From a bacterium (GTDB lineage Bacteria > Desulfobacterota > DSWW01), in contig JBFLZG010000080.1 in NCBI GenBank assembly GCA_040756235.1, positions 20,892-84,891 on the forward strand: a DNA stretch of 64,000 nt. The letters run 5' to 3'. Below, piece after piece: positions 1 to 10,605 of this stretch. How positions within the stretch are numbered: the stretch's first letter is position 1; every line of letters starts with the position of its first letter. The position numbers and the translations under genes were made by a program. A model generated the notes under the pieces. It worked only from the letters and a program-made list of their open reading frames with translations. It did not search any database and was not told the DNA's origin.

Positions 1-7
1 CTGTGCC

Positions 8-685
8 GTGCCCGGCATGCAGATCCATACGGCCTCGTCTCCGGCCGCGACCCGTGAGATCCGCGACGACGCGCAGCGATATCTCGCGGGGCTCGAGGAC
101 TATCTTCGAGTCCGGGCTCGGCCGGTGGATATGCTGCGCGTCGTGCACTTCCGCTCACGCTGGGATCTCTGGGGTTACCTGAGCCGGGAGTCGCCTCCTT
201 ACCGATGGAGAAGGGGAGCCTGCTTCGAGACCCCGGACGGGCTCACGCTCGCCGTCTCCGGCAATCCGGGAAGCAAAGAGTTTCACAGGCTCCTGCGGCA
301 CGAGCTCACACACGCGTTCCTGGCGAGCCGCTACCGCGACTTTCCTCCGTGGATCGACGAGGGGCTTGCACAGGTCCTGTCCGCGGGGCCGCCCTTCCCC
401 CGACCCGGAAGCAGTCCGCCTCACCCGGTCGAATCGGACCGCTGCGAACGGCTCCCGAACGGCTGTCTCGAGCTTCTGGCGGCACCGCCCGGAGAGAAGC
501 TCACGCGCGCTCAGTGCCGGCAGGCCTCCGCGCTCACGGCCGCGCTGATCGCCCGTTCCGACGACGCTCTCAGCCGGCTGGAACGCTTCCTCGAGATCTC
601 TTCCTCGCAGCGCGATCCGGCCGAGGCCTTCAAAGATGCCTGGGGCCTGCCGTTCGAACAAGCCTGCGTCCTTGACAGGTCGTAA
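8..685 (+). CDS. Zinc metallopeptidase-like protein (peptidase MA/DUF1570-like), possibly 5'-truncated by the window edge
   Basis: HELTH (HExxH) followed by PPWIDEGLA, a gluzincin-type third-ligand motif. Confidence 0.6.
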   Translation: MPGMQIHTASSPAATREIRDDAQRYLAGLEDYLRVRARPVDMLRVVHFRSRWDLWGYLSRESPPYRWRRGACFETPDGLTLAVSGNPGSKEFHRLLRHELTHAFLASRYRDFPPWIDEGLAQVLSAGPPFPRPGSSPPHPVESDRCERLPNGCLELLAAPPGEKLTRAQCRQASALTAALIARSDDALSRLERFLEISSSQRDPAEAFKDAWGLPFEQACVLDRS

Positions 686-724
686 AATCCAGCGCTATCG
701 CATGGTGAAAGGTAGCTGTGAGAG

Positions 725-1360
725 ATGGGAACAGACTCGGAGCTCGGCTTCTTTCTGACTGCCTTCATCTCCCTTTTCGCCCTGATCGATCCGATCGGCG
801 TGGTCCCCCTGTTCGTCTCCATCACCCCGTCGAGCACGGCCGCCAAGAGGCGATCCATGGCGCGCAGGGCCTGCTGGTTCGTCTTTCTCGTGCTGAGCTT
901 CTTTGCCGTGACCGGCAGCACGATCTTCCGGTTCCTCGGTACCACGATCGGCGCCTTCCGCATCGCCGGGGGGCTCATCCTGCTCAAGATCAGCCTGGAG
1001 ATGATCGAGGCACGCGTCTCACCTTCACGCCACACCTCCAGGGAGGACGAGGAAGGTCGCCAGAAGGACGACGTGGCCATCCTGCCTCTCGGCATCCCGC
1101 TGCTCGCCGGGCCCGGCTCCATTTCGGGCGTGATCGTGCTCATGAGCCGGACGGACGGCTGGACCATGCAGCTGCTCGTGTTTGCCGCCATCGCGCTCAA
1201 CGCGCTCCTTGCTTATTTCCTGCTCCGCTACGCAACCAGGATCAGCGGCCTGCTCAGGGAGACCGGGCAGGGCGTGCTCATGCGCATCATGGGGCTCCTG
1301 CTGGCGGCCATCTCGATGGAGTTCATCCTGAGCGGGATCCGCGAGTATTTCCAGCCGTGA
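725..1360 (+). CDS. MarC family integral membrane protein
   Basis: LFALIDPIG, FRIAGG and PLGIPLLAGPGSI motifs, C-terminal RIMGLLLAAI; about 6 TM segments. Confidence 0.93.
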   Translation: MGTDSELGFFLTAFISLFALIDPIGVVPLFVSITPSSTAAKRRSMARRACWFVFLVLSFFAVTGSTIFRFLGTTIGAFRIAGGLILLKISLEMIEARVSPSRHTSREDEEGRQKDDVAILPLGIPLLAGPGSISGVIVLMSRTDGWTMQLLVFAAIALNALLAYFLLRYATRISGLLRETGQGVLMRIMGLLLAAISMEFILSGIREYFQP

Positions 1361-1368
1361 TGCCGCTG

Positions 1369-1450
1369 CCGACACCCGGCACCTCTCTTCCTCTTCCCTG
1401 ACACCCGAAACCTGAAACCCCTCTTTCCCGTTGACCGGCCGACACCCGGA
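1369..1450. repeat. Degenerate heptamer repeat tract (CCTGAMA/CCCGACA) with pyrimidine run
   Basis: ccgacacccggcacc...cctgacacccgaaacctgaaaccc; a similar tract lies at 22370-22412. Confidence 0.5.
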
Positions 1451-1458
1451 TCCATACA

Positions 1459-2415
1459 ATGATCTCCGGACCAGAGGTCGCCGGAGCCCCCATGGAATCG
1501 CGAAGATCCAAGATCGTCCGAGTGAGCTCGAGGGGCACGTCCGCCCCCGAGGAAGGGTTCTCGCCCCGGGCCCTGCAGATCATGCTGGAGTGCGGGTTGC
1601 TGGAGCTGGCCGGCACGAGCGACGTCCATGCTGCCTGGATGCGCTACTTCAGCCCGCGGGACACGATCGGCTTCAAGGTGAACTGCCTCGGGGGGCGGAG
1701 CATGTGCACCCACCCTGCCCTGGCCGAGGCCGCGGCGAAAAGCCTCGGGTCCGCAGGCATTGCCCCTCACCAGATCATCGCGTGGGACCGTCACACCCGT
1801 GAGCTGGAGCGGTGCGGCTTCAGCGTCAATCCCGGGCAAGGCGGAGCGTACCGCTGCTTTGGCACCGACCAGAAGGGGGCCGGCTACGAGGAAGAGCTCA
1901 CCGCGCAGGGGTCGGTCGGCAGCCTGTTCAGCACGCTCCTGACGCGCCACTGCACCTCGGTCATCAACATGCCGATCCTCAAAGACCACGGGCTCTGCGG
2001 GCTCACCTGCGCCCTGAAGAACATTTTCGGCGCCCTTCACAACCCCAACAAGTATCACGACGATCACTGCGACCCCTACATCGCGGACGCCAACGCGGTT
2101 CCGTTCGTGCGGGAGAAGCTCCGGCTGGTGGTCTGCGACGCGCTCCAGGTGCAGTACAAGGGCGGTCCCAGTTACCATCGGAAGTGGGTGGCGGACCTCG
2201 GAAGCCTTTTGCTGGCAGAGGACCCGGTGGCGCTCGACACCGTCTGCGCAGGGCTGCTGAACAAGATCAGGCGCGAAAACGGCCTGCCTCCCATCGTGGA
2301 GGACGGCGAACTGCCGGCCTACATCCGCACCGCGGCCGACTCGGACCACAAGCTCGGCAGGTGCCGGCCCGAGGAGATCGAGCTGGTGGAGAAGATCGTG
2401 GACCTGGAGGGTTGA
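1459..2415 (+). CDS. DUF362 domain protein (start may be 1492)
   Basis: IGFKVN, THP, INMPILKDH, TCALKN and DPVALD motifs typical of DUF362. Confidence 0.85.
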   Translation: MISGPEVAGAPMESRRSKIVRVSSRGTSAPEEGFSPRALQIMLECGLLELAGTSDVHAAWMRYFSPRDTIGFKVNCLGGRSMCTHPALAEAAAKSLGSAGIAPHQIIAWDRHTRELERCGFSVNPGQGGAYRCFGTDQKGAGYEEELTAQGSVGSLFSTLLTRHCTSVINMPILKDHGLCGLTCALKNIFGALHNPNKYHDDHCDPYIADANAVPFVREKLRLVVCDALQVQYKGGPSYHRKWVADLGSLLLAEDPVALDTVCAGLLNKIRRENGLPPIVEDGELPAYIRTAADSDHKLGRCRPEEIELVEKIVDLEG

Positions 2416-2510
2416 AGCTTGCTCGGCACTGCTCTACACAATGGGGACGTACCCTGCGGGCTCGCCTTCTCCGGTAGCGACCCGGCGACCGGCAGTAAGC
2501 GTCGAAAATT

Positions 2511-2569
2511 GGTGGACACGCCTTGCGGCTTTGTCCACCCTACCGAGTGCGCACGCCCCTCGCTCGCGA
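2511..2569. repeat. GTAG-type REP-like hairpin plus conserved tail (copy 1; copy 2 at 3993-4047)
   Basis: ggtggacacg...ttgtccaccctaccgagtgc..cgctcgcga recurs as ggtgggcacg...ttgcccaccctaccgagtgc..cgctcgcga. Confidence 0.65.
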
Positions 2570-2577
2570 CTTATTTC

Positions 2578-2689
2578 GTCATCCCGGCCCACCTGCGGAG
2601 CGCGTGTGAGCCGGGATCCAGAAGCCTGCACCGAGCACGGCAAGAGTCACGGGGCGCAGAGACTGGACCCCGGCCTGCGCCGGGGTGAC
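2578..2689. repeat. REP-like palindromic repeat, family A
   Basis: gtcatcccggccc..gcggagcgcgtgtgagccgggatccagaag...ctggaccccggcctgcgccggggtgac; recurs at 6018, 10451, 51756, 56665 and degenerately at 37636. Confidence 0.85.
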
Positions 2690-2709
2690 GCGAAAGATGG
2701 TGGTAGCAC

Positions 2710-3873
2710 ATGGACCGCAGGACCTTCATCAAGACCCTGGCCGGCACGGCGTGTGCCTGCGGCCTCTCGGAGCTGTCTCCGGGCAGCCGGCCAGTTTCCG
2801 CGGCGGCGCAGCCGCCGTCCGGCCGCGCGGCCCCCGAGGCTTTTTCGGATTCCTCGCCCGGGGGCGTGCGCGAAGCGCGCTACTACAGCCGGCTGAAAGA
2901 CCGCGAGATTCGCTGCGATCTGTGCCCCCGGCAGTGCCAGGTCGGGGACCGGGAACGCGGCTACTGCGGGGTGCGGGAAAACCGGGGAGGGACCTACTGC
3001 ACGCTCACCTACGGGCGTCCTTGTGCCGTGCACGTCGATCCGATCGAGAAGAAGCCGTTCTTCCACTTTTGCCCGGGCTCGACCGCCTTTTCCATCGCCA
3101 CGGCCGGCTGCAACATGAACTGCAAGTACTGCCAGAACTGGGACATCTCCCAATCGCGACCCGAACAAGTCCGCAGCATGCCCCTTGGCCCGCGCGAGTG
3201 CGCGACCCGGGCCAGGGAGTCCGGCGCCCTCTCGATCGCCTACACCTACAGCGAGCCCGTGGTCTTCTTCGAGTACATGTCCGACACGGCGGACCAGGCC
3301 CGCGCGCAAGGTCTGCGCAATGCGATGGTCTCCGCGGGCTTCATCCAGGAGGTGCCGCTCAAGGACCTGCTGACCCGGCTGGATGCGGTGAAGATCGACT
3401 TGAAGGCCTTCTCCGACGCCTTCTATCGGGACGTCTGCAGGGGCCGGCTGGATCCTGTCCTGAAGACGCTCGTCACCGTGCGCAAGGCGGGCGTTTGGCT
3501 GGAGATCGTCTACCTCGTCCTGCCGACCTTGAACGACAGCGAAAAAGAGACTCGGGACCTCTGCCGGTGGATCGCGAGCGAGCTCGGGCCCGAGGTGCCG
3601 GTCCATTTCACGCGCTTCTTTCCGACTTATCTCCTGAAGAACCTTCCGCCCACGCCCGTGGACACGCTCGAACGGATGCACGGCATCGCGAAATCCGAAG
3701 GGCTTCTGTTCCCCTACGTGGGCAACGTGCCGGGTCACCCGGCAGAGAGCACCTCCTGTCCCGGCTGCAACACCCCGCTCGTGCGGCGCTCCGGCTTCAA
3801 TGTCCGGATCGAGGGTCTGAAGGAAGGCCGGTGCGGGAAGTGCGGAAGGAAGGTCGCGGGCCTCTGGGTGTAG
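2710..3873 (+). CDS. amrS: AmmeMemoRadiSam system radical SAM enzyme with Tat-like leader
   Basis: CDLCPRQC...CGVR, DPIEKKP, radical SAM CNMNCKYC, AYTYSEP, C-terminal CPGC..CGKC; N-terminal MDRRTFIK. Confidence 0.9.
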   Translation: MDRRTFIKTLAGTACACGLSELSPGSRPVSAAAQPPSGRAAPEAFSDSSPGGVREARYYSRLKDREIRCDLCPRQCQVGDRERGYCGVRENRGGTYCTLTYGRPCAVHVDPIEKKPFFHFCPGSTAFSIATAGCNMNCKYCQNWDISQSRPEQVRSMPLGPRECATRARESGALSIAYTYSEPVVFFEYMSDTADQARAQGLRNAMVSAGFIQEVPLKDLLTRLDAVKIDLKAFSDAFYRDVCRGRLDPVLKTLVTVRKAGVWLEIVYLVLPTLNDSEKETRDLCRWIASELGPEVPVHFTRFFPTYLLKNLPPTPVDTLERMHGIAKSEGLLFPYVGNVPGHPAESTSCPGCNTPLVRRSGFNVRIEGLKEGRCGKCGRKVAGLWV

Positions 3874-4068
3874 CGCCCGTGGCAGTCTCCGTGCGACCAG
3901 CGGCAAATTTCGGATGTTGCGAGGACCGAAGGTCCGTGGCAACCCCCCGGAGACAGGGGGATCGCCACGCTCGCGGTTTCTTGACCGTGGTTGGTGGGCA
4001 CGCTTCGCTTTGCCCACCCTACCGAGTGCTCACGGGCTCGCTCGCGAGATCCGGTGCTTGCCCGGCGC

Positions 4069-5736
4069 TCAGTTCTTTGGCGCACCCTTCAGCCCGGCAA
4101 GAGCGGACGACAGGAAGCACTTCACCCACTTCTCTATCTCCGCATGCGCCACCCCTGTTTCCCTGCCGAGGCTCTCGATCGATTCTCCTCGCAAGTGGCG
4201 CAGCACGATGTCGTATCGTTTCTCCGCGGAAGAGACATCCGCAGCGGCTCGCGGGCTCGCCGGAAGCTTCTGATCTCTGGAACGGGCCAGGGCCTTTTCC
4301 GCATGATTCCGGAGGCTCCTTACATAAGACACTGCAGCCTCGTCCGGAGGCTCCGGTGACGAGACGCGATCCAGATAGAAGGCGCCGATCAGCTTCTCCT
4401 CGACCACGATCGCAAGCACCCCGATCATCTCCACTTCCATGGCCGAAAGGCATTCGCGCTCTGCCGGCGTCAATCTTTCCCTGCTCCAAAGGAACAAGTC
4501 CGTTTTCCTGAGGAGCGCGTGACCGACCGGTGATTCGCGCGCGGAAGAAGCCAGGGGAAACCAGATGCGCTCCAATACCCGGTCCAGATGATCCCCCAGC
4601 CCGAACCGCCCGCGCACCGTTCTCTTGTCCGGAGTCACCACGCACAGGGCCACGTGGTCGAAGGGGCCGCTCCGGTACATGGCTTCCATGATCAGGAGCA
4701 GGGTCTGGTTGAGATCGAGAGGGGAGGAGACCTCCGTTGCAGACTCGACCTCCTCGATGAGCCGCTCTCGGGACTTCTCCGACCAGGGGCACTCGGGACG
4801 AGCGGGCTCCTCGGGCGCTTCCGGCACCGTGGATTCGTGTGGGCCGGAGGGAGCCTTCCCGTCTCGCTTCTCGAGCACAAGGTCGGAAACCCTGACATTC
4901 ATGTCGGACAGGACCCCTTCGCTTTCGCTGAGACCGGACCGAAGAATCTGCCGGATGTCGCCGGCCGTCAGACGCAGCTTCTCCCCATATCGCTCCAGCA
5001 GCCTCGGCACGGCCTGCTCGGCCCGTGTGTCCCGGCGGTACACCGCATGCGTCAGCTCCTCGCTGAAAGAGAGGATCGGCTCCATACGGCCCTGCAGATC
5101 GCTTTCGGCCGGCGTGCCGAGCGACGGGATCCCCCAGTAGCGGGCCGCGGCTTCAGCCAGATCTTCATAGTTGAACCGGAGCACGTGCCGGCATGCCTCG
5201 TGGGACGTCTCCCCCTCCTTTTGCACCCGTGCCGTGATCGCGGCGTACTCGTCCGGACAATAACAGGCTACGAGCATTTCCCCCAGGTTGCGGAACATGC
5301 CGTAGAGATACGCCTCCTCGGGCTTCTCGTAGCCGACGTGCATGGCCACCTCCCGGGCGTGAAAGGCGGTCAGGATGGAGAGCGACATCAACTCCTTCAA
5401 ACCCGGGAAATGCCGGTTGTAGTGCTCGAACACCATAAGGGTGCTGGCGAGGGTGCGCAGGTTCCTGGTACCCAGCAACATGATGGCCTGCGTCACGGAC
5501 AGGATCTTGCCGTCACAGCGTCTGTAGTAAGGGGAGTTCGCCGTGCGGAGCACCTGAAGGGTCAAGCTGTGATCCTTGAGGATAATGTTGGCGAGATACT
5601 GGAAGGAGGCGTCCTCCTTGGTCAGGATCGCCATGGCCGCGCTGATGTGGGCCGAGATCGCGGGAAAATCGCTCCCGCTGACCATTCGCTCCATGATGGC
5701 ACGGACCGGCTCCTCGCGGTCCTTCTCCGTCTCCAT
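4069..5736 (-). CDS. HDOD domain signalling protein with GAF-like region and C-terminal HTH
   Basis: FPA...ILKD.SLT.QVLR.ANSPYY..AIMLLG (HDOD); EEAYLYGMFRNLG; tail IVLRHLRGESIESLGRETGV..EIEKW (HTH). Confidence 0.8.
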   Translation of the reverse strand: METEKDREEPVRAIMERMVSGSDFPAISAHISAAMAILTKEDASFQYLANIILKDHSLTLQVLRTANSPYYRRCDGKILSVTQAIMLLGTRNLRTLASTLMVFEHYNRHFPGLKELMSLSILTAFHAREVAMHVGYEKPEEAYLYGMFRNLGEMLVACYCPDEYAAITARVQKEGETSHEACRHVLRFNYEDLAEAAARYWGIPSLGTPAESDLQGRMEPILSFSEELTHAVYRRDTRAEQAVPRLLERYGEKLRLTAGDIRQILRSGLSESEGVLSDMNVRVSDLVLEKRDGKAPSGPHESTVPEAPEEPARPECPWSEKSRERLIEEVESATEVSSPLDLNQTLLLIMEAMYRSGPFDHVALCVVTPDKRTVRGRFGLGDHLDRVLERIWFPLASSARESPVGHALLRKTDLFLWSRERLTPAERECLSAMEVEMIGVLAIVVEEKLIGAFYLDRVSSPEPPDEAAVSYVRSLRNHAEKALARSRDQKLPASPRAAADVSSAEKRYDIVLRHLRGESIESLGRETGVAHAEIEKWVKCFLSSALAGLKGAPKN

Positions 5737-5980
5737 CCGGTCGCCCTCCCTGTCCTCGACTCATTTATATCGGACACTAAGTGGCTGCGGATGAGCGCCG
5801 AAGCTTGCTCGGGGCGAGGGGTGCCCTGCCAAGGCATCGACCTCCTCGAGCGCCCAGGGGCCGCCCGCTGATCGTGGACGGGACGTGGCAACAGTGGCCC
5901 AAAGCCCGGATGTCTTGATGCAGCCCTAATCCAATCGGCTTTCGGATCCAGGAGGCTGCCCAATAGCATGCGAGGAGCAG

Positions 5981-6129
5981 GGACTGGATTCCGGCCTGCG
6001 AGGCCGTGTCATATTTCGTCATCCCGGCCCGGTTGCGGAGCGCGTGGGAGCCGGGATCCAGAAGGGTGCACCCAGACCAACTGCAGGAACCGGGTGCAGG
6101 GACTGGATTCCGGCCTGCGCCGGAATGAC
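5981..6129. repeat. REP-like repeat family A (full copy 6018-6129 plus a half copy)
   Basis: ggactggattccggcctgcg occurs twice; gtcatcccggccc...ggaatgac. Confidence 0.85.
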
Positions 6130-6187
6130 GAAAAAACGGCCGCGCGCCGCCCCGCCGGAGGGGGTCGGGTCTTGCCGCCGCTGTTTG

Positions 6188-7210
6188 TCAGCTCCTAGGG
6201 GGAAGTTCCGTTCTCTGGCGAACGACCTCATAGAACAGGATCGCGGCCGCCACCGAGGCGTTGAGAGACTCTACCTGTCCGCTCATGGGGATGGAGACCA
6301 GGACGTCGCACAGGCTCTGCAGTGCAGGCCGGAGGCCTTTCTCCCCGCCGACGACCAGGCAAAGGTCGGTGCGCAGATCGATCTCGTAGATCTTGCGTCC
6401 GGCCCCGGGATCTGCGCCGACGATGCGGACGCCTCTTTCCCGGAGCGCCTGAAGGGTCCGGACCGCGCTCCCGAGGCGAATCAGGCGCACGCTGCGGGCC
6501 GTGCCGGCCGAGGCCTTGATCACGACCGGGCTCACCGGGCTGGTTCGCTCTCTGGGCAAGAGCACGCCCTCGAGCCCCGCTGCGCACGCGGTCCGAAGGA
6601 TCGCGCCCAGATTGTGAGGATCCTGGATTTCGTCCAGCAGGGTCAGGAAACGCCTGGCACGGCCAGGCAGGCTCTCCCAGAAGGCGTCGAAATCCTCGGA
6701 GGACGCGGCGGCGGTGAGGGCCACCACCCCCTGGTGCTTGGCGGTCCTTGCCTTGGAATCGAGCGAGGATCGATCCCGGAAGGAGACCGGGATCTTGTGC
6801 TCCCGAGCCAGGGAGAGAAGCTTTCGAACGGGCGGTCCGGATCTCCCGTAGGCGATCCAGATCTTCTCGATGCCCGGAGCCTCCTGCCGCAAGGTCTCCA
6901 GCACCGGCTGGACCCCGTAGATCCAAAGCTGGTGCCCGGCTTCCGTGTCCTCGGGCCGGGGGCTCGCCGGACGGCGCTCGTCGGCCGTATTCTCAGTCCG
7001 CGCCCTCGCGGCGTGCTTCGACGCAGGCCTCGTTCCCCGGGACTTCTCCCAAGGCTTGGAGCCCCATCTGGTTGGGCGGGTTCTCGCGCGGGTTCCGGTC
7101 TTCCGTCCGCCTCTCGCAGCCGAGCGCTTCTCGTCAGCCGCTGCCGCGCGAACGGCTTTCCCGTGCCCTTGTCGAGGGCCGCCGGACGGATCAGGCGGGT
7201 GCACGGGCAT
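6188..7210 (-). CDS. rlmB: 23S rRNA (guanosine-2'-O)-methyltransferase, TrmH/RlmB family (start uncertain)
   Basis: [41 protein letters not shown] and [20 protein letters not shown] motifs. Confidence 0.9.
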   Translation of the reverse strand: MPVHPPDPSGGPRQGHGKAVRAAAADEKRSAARGGRKTGTRARTRPTRWGSKPWEKSRGTRPASKHAARARTENTADERRPASPRPEDTEAGHQLWIYGVQPVLETLRQEAPGIEKIWIAYGRSGPPVRKLLSLAREHKIPVSFRDRSSLDSKARTAKHQGVVALTAAASSEDFDAFWESLPGRARRFLTLLDEIQDPHNLGAILRTACAAGLEGVLLPRERTSPVSPVVIKASAGTARSVRLIRLGSAVRTLQALRERGVRIVGADPGAGRKIYEIDLRTDLCLVVGGEKGLRPALQSLCDVLVSIPMSGQVESLNASVAAAILFYEVVRQRTELPPRS

Positions 7211-8927
7211 GATCTTTCAGGATCTCCAGGATCCGTTCGCTGGCCTCTTTCACGGCAACCACCATGGCCTCCCGCTCGGTGCGGAGCTTGATCTCGACTC
7301 TGTCTTGCTGAAGCTGTTTCGGGCCTACGGTGATCCGCAGCGGGATGCCGATCAGGTCGGCGTCCTTGAACTTCTTGCCGGGCCTCTCGTCGCGGTCATC
7401 CAGCAGGACCTCGACTCCCTTGCCGCAGAGCTCCCGGTAGAGCGCTTCGCTCACGAGCCGGACTTTCTCTTCCGCGGGATTCACGGACGTGATGATGACG
7501 GAGAAGGGCGACAGCGGAAGGGGAAACCGGATCCCGTCCTGGTCGTGCCTCTGCTCGATCGCGGCCGCCAGGGTGCGCCCGATGCCGATGCCGTAGCATC
7601 CCATGCAGACGGGCCGCTCCTTGCCTTCCGCGTCCAGATAGGTCGCGTGGAGCGCTTCGCTGTACTTGGTCCCCAGCATAAAGACGTGGCCCACTTCGAT
7701 GCCCCTCCGCTTCTCCATGGCCGCTCCGCAGCGCGGACAGGGGTCCCCCGTATCGGCGATCCGCAGGTCGGCGTACCGAGGCTCCCGCAGGTCGCGGCGC
7801 GCATCGAAGTGCAGCAGGTGATAGTCGATTCGATTCGCGCCCACCACGGCGTCTCTCAGATCCCGGACCTCCTGGTCGGCCACCACCGGGAGAGAGAGCC
7901 CGACCGGGCCGACATATCCGGCCGGAACCCCGAGGGCCCGCTCCACGTCTTCGGGAGGGGCGAGGGCGACCGTGCCGCTGCTGCCGAGAAGCTTGCCTAC
8001 CTTGTGCTCGTTGGCTTCGCGGTCGCCTCGCACGAGCACCAGCACGTCCCCTCGGTCGGTCCGGTAGAGCAAGGTCTTCACCAGACAGGAGGGCGGCACC
8101 CCGAGAAAACGGGTCACCTCCTCGATCGTTCTTTTCCCCTTGGTGAGCACCGGCTCCAGCGCGGGAGCAGGACCGGCCGGCTGCGGTTGCCGTTCTCCAT
8201 CGGTCTCGAGCCGGATCTCGGCTTTCTCCGAGTTGGCCGCATAGTCGCAGGAGGTGCAAAACAGGATGGCGTCCTCGCCGCTGTCGGCCAGCACCATGAA
8301 CTCATGCGAAAAGCTGCCCCCGATGTAGCCGGTCTCGGCTTCCACCGCCCGGAAGTCCAGCCCCATTCGTTCGAAGATGCGTTTGTAGGCCTCGTACATG
8401 ACCCAATAGCTCTTTTCGGCTCCTTCCGGGTCCAGGTCGAAGCTGTAGGCGTCCTTCATGATGAACTCGCGGCCCCGCATGAGACCGAACCGGGGCCGGA
8501 TCTCGTCGCGGAACTTCGTCTGGATCTGGTACAACGTGAAGGGGAGGTCCCGGTAGGAGCGGACGTCTCGCCGCACGAGGTCCGTCACTACCTCCTCGTG
8601 GGTGGGACCGTAGCAGAATTCGCGCTCGTGTCGATCCTTGAAACGCAGCAGCTCCGGCCCCATGATGGCCCACCTGCCCGTCTCCTGCCACAGCTCGGCA
8701 GGCTGAACGCTCGGCAGAAGCACCTCCTGCGCCCCCGCCCGGTTCATCTCCTGCCGCACGATCTCCTCCACTTTGCGCAGCGAGCGCAGCCCCAGGGGCA
8801 GATACGAGTACACGCCGGAAGCGAGCTTCCGGATCATGCCGGCGCGCAGCAGGTATTGATGGCTGACGACCTCCGCCTCTGCGGGGACCTCCCTCAGGGT
8901 GGGCAGAAACATCCTCGAATATCGCAT
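7191..8927 (-). CDS. proS: Proline--tRNA ligase with insertion (editing) domain
   Basis: [60 protein letters not shown]. Confidence 0.98.
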   Translation of the reverse strand: MRYSRMFLPTLREVPAEAEVVSHQYLLRAGMIRKLASGVYSYLPLGLRSLRKVEEIVRQEMNRAGAQEVLLPSVQPAELWQETGRWAIMGPELLRFKDRHEREFCYGPTHEEVVTDLVRRDVRSYRDLPFTLYQIQTKFRDEIRPRFGLMRGREFIMKDAYSFDLDPEGAEKSYWVMYEAYKRIFERMGLDFRAVEAETGYIGGSFSHEFMVLADSGEDAILFCTSCDYAANSEKAEIRLETDGERQPQPAGPAPALEPVLTKGKRTIEEVTRFLGVPPSCLVKTLLYRTDRGDVLVLVRGDREANEHKVGKLLGSSGTVALAPPEDVERALGVPAGYVGPVGLSLPVVADQEVRDLRDAVVGANRIDYHLLHFDARRDLREPRYADLRIADTGDPCPRCGAAMEKRRGIEVGHVFMLGTKYSEALHATYLDAEGKERPVCMGCYGIGIGRTLAAAIEQRHDQDGIRFPLPLSPFSVIITSVNPAEEKVRLVSEALYRELCGKGVEVLLDDRDERPGKKFKDADLIGIPLRITVGPKQLQQDRVEIKLRTEREAMVVAVKEASERILEILKDHARAPA

Positions 8928-8946
8928 CCCTCAACTCCTTCCGTCC

Positions 8947-9160
8947 TAGAGGCTGTCGATAAACGGCCATCTGCGGCGTTGCGCTCAGGGGGAATGGAGG
9001 CTGGGAAAGCCTGCCCCGGCGAAGGCCGGGGTCCACTGTGCCTCCCGGTTACGCCTCATTCCTCAGGATTTGTCCTTCCAAGGGTCGGACACCCCATCCT
9101 TCGGATGGGTCCCCATTTTCGCGCGCCTTGCATCTGGGCATTTCTCACCAGCCTCTCTAG
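8947..9160. mobile_element. MITE-like repeat family B, reverse copy with inserted hairpins
   Basis: aggctgtcgataaacggccatctgcggcgttgc...cgccttgcatctgggcatttctcaccagcct; homologous to 13281-13405 and 58330-58519. Confidence 0.75.
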
Positions 9161-10321
9161 AGGGTGTTTTTCGACACCCCTCCTCCGAGAGGAGGCTCTG
9201 CTCCGAGGCGGCCGCCCCTTTCCCGGTCCGGGACAGCTCGCGGGCCCTGGCGAAGAGTTCCGAGAAAGAGAGGTTGTCCCGCAACAGAAAGAACAACCCC
9301 ACAAGGAAGATCGAGCCCATTGTGACGAACCAGTTGACCATGGAAAAGCTCGCGGCAACGGATCGCTCCAATCCGTACAAGTCGGCCAGCACAAAGGTGA
9401 TTCCGAACTGGAAAGGTCCCAGATACCCGGGGGTCGGCATGATCGAGATCAGGACACAGGTGACGACCATGAGGGTGAAGACCGAGTCCAAGGGCAACAA
9501 AGGGTGGATCCCGTAGGCCCAGTAGAACGGGTAATAGGTCAGGCACAGGACCGTCCAGAGAAGCGCGGAAAGCAGGATCGACAGAGCAATCCCGCGCGCA
9601 TCTCTCAGGATGCCGAGGCCGGCCGTAAAGGATTCCAGGGCCTCCTCGATGCCGCTGCGAAATCTGGGCGGCAGAACGCCGGTCAGCGCGCGGACCAGCC
9701 TGAAAGCCGTGTCGCGCTTGAGGAGAAGCAGCATACAGAAGAAAACGATCCCGGCCACGCCGACAAGGCTCAAGACGCCGAAGGTCCGCATGTATCCGGA
9801 CACTTCGACCGCTTCGGCCTGGCCCCCGCGGGGGACGAAGGCGACCGGATTCCAGACGAGCAGACATCCGAACAGGCAGAGAACGGAAATCATGTCGAAG
9901 AGCCGCTCGACCACAATCGTACCCAGAGAGGCAGAGAAAGAAATCTCCTCCCGCTTGCCGAACAGATAGGCCCGGATGAACTCGCCCGCCCTGAGAGGCA
10001 GCAGGTTTCCCATGAACCCGATCATCATGGGCGAGTACAGGCGCCGGACCGGGACCGGCTTCAGAGCCTTGCAGAAGAAATGCCACCTGAGGGCCCTGAT
10101 CGAGAAAGCGGCAGCGAACAGGACGAGGGCCACCAACACGTAACCGTATCGGAGATGGACGAGGGATGTTGCGATTTCCGCCAGCGAGACGTCGCGGAAC
10201 GTGAAATAGAGCGCAACCCCGGCCACAAGGAGTCCCAGGACCAGACTTCTGATTCTCAACGGCTTCCCCCTGAAAGATCTTTCCTGCCTTGAGCACAGTC
10301 TACAAAACCTAAATAAGGGCA
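9063..10321 (-). CDS. Lysylphosphatidylglycerol synthase TM-domain / flippase-like protein (UPF0104); start uncertain, probably about 10260-10320
   Basis: RALRW, GFMGNLLPLRAGEFIRAY, ERLFD and PTPGYLGPFQ motifs; many TM helices. Confidence 0.85.
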
Positions 10322-10450
10322 TGGAAAAAAGCAAGGGAAGCCCCTTTTCCTGAAGGCTGGTCAGAAACTGCAGGGCGAAGCGCGCAGTGCGCCGACAAGG
10401 CTCTGGGGAAGGTTTGTCCGGGATGACAAACATGAGAGGCACTCTTCTCT

Positions 10451-10561
10451 GTCATTCCGGCGCAGGCCGGAATCCAGTCCCTGCGTCCCGCCATTGCCGC
10501 TGTTCCGATGCACCCTTCCGGATCCCGGCTCACACGCGCTGCGCACATGGGCCGCGATGAC
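10451..10561. repeat. REP-like repeat family A (reverse orientation)
   Basis: gtcattccggcgcaggccggaatccagtccctg...ggatcccggctcacacgcgct...gcgatgac. Confidence 0.85.
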
Positions 10562-10605
10562 GAAAACGACGGAGCCCGCGCATCATTCCGTCCGAGCAGT
10601 GGGGC

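Noticed and set aside
6945..10292. 1115-aa plus-strand ORF
   Set aside because: Antisense shadow of proS and the flippase-like gene; it crosses a repeat and has no motifs. Long shadow ORFs are expected at high GC.
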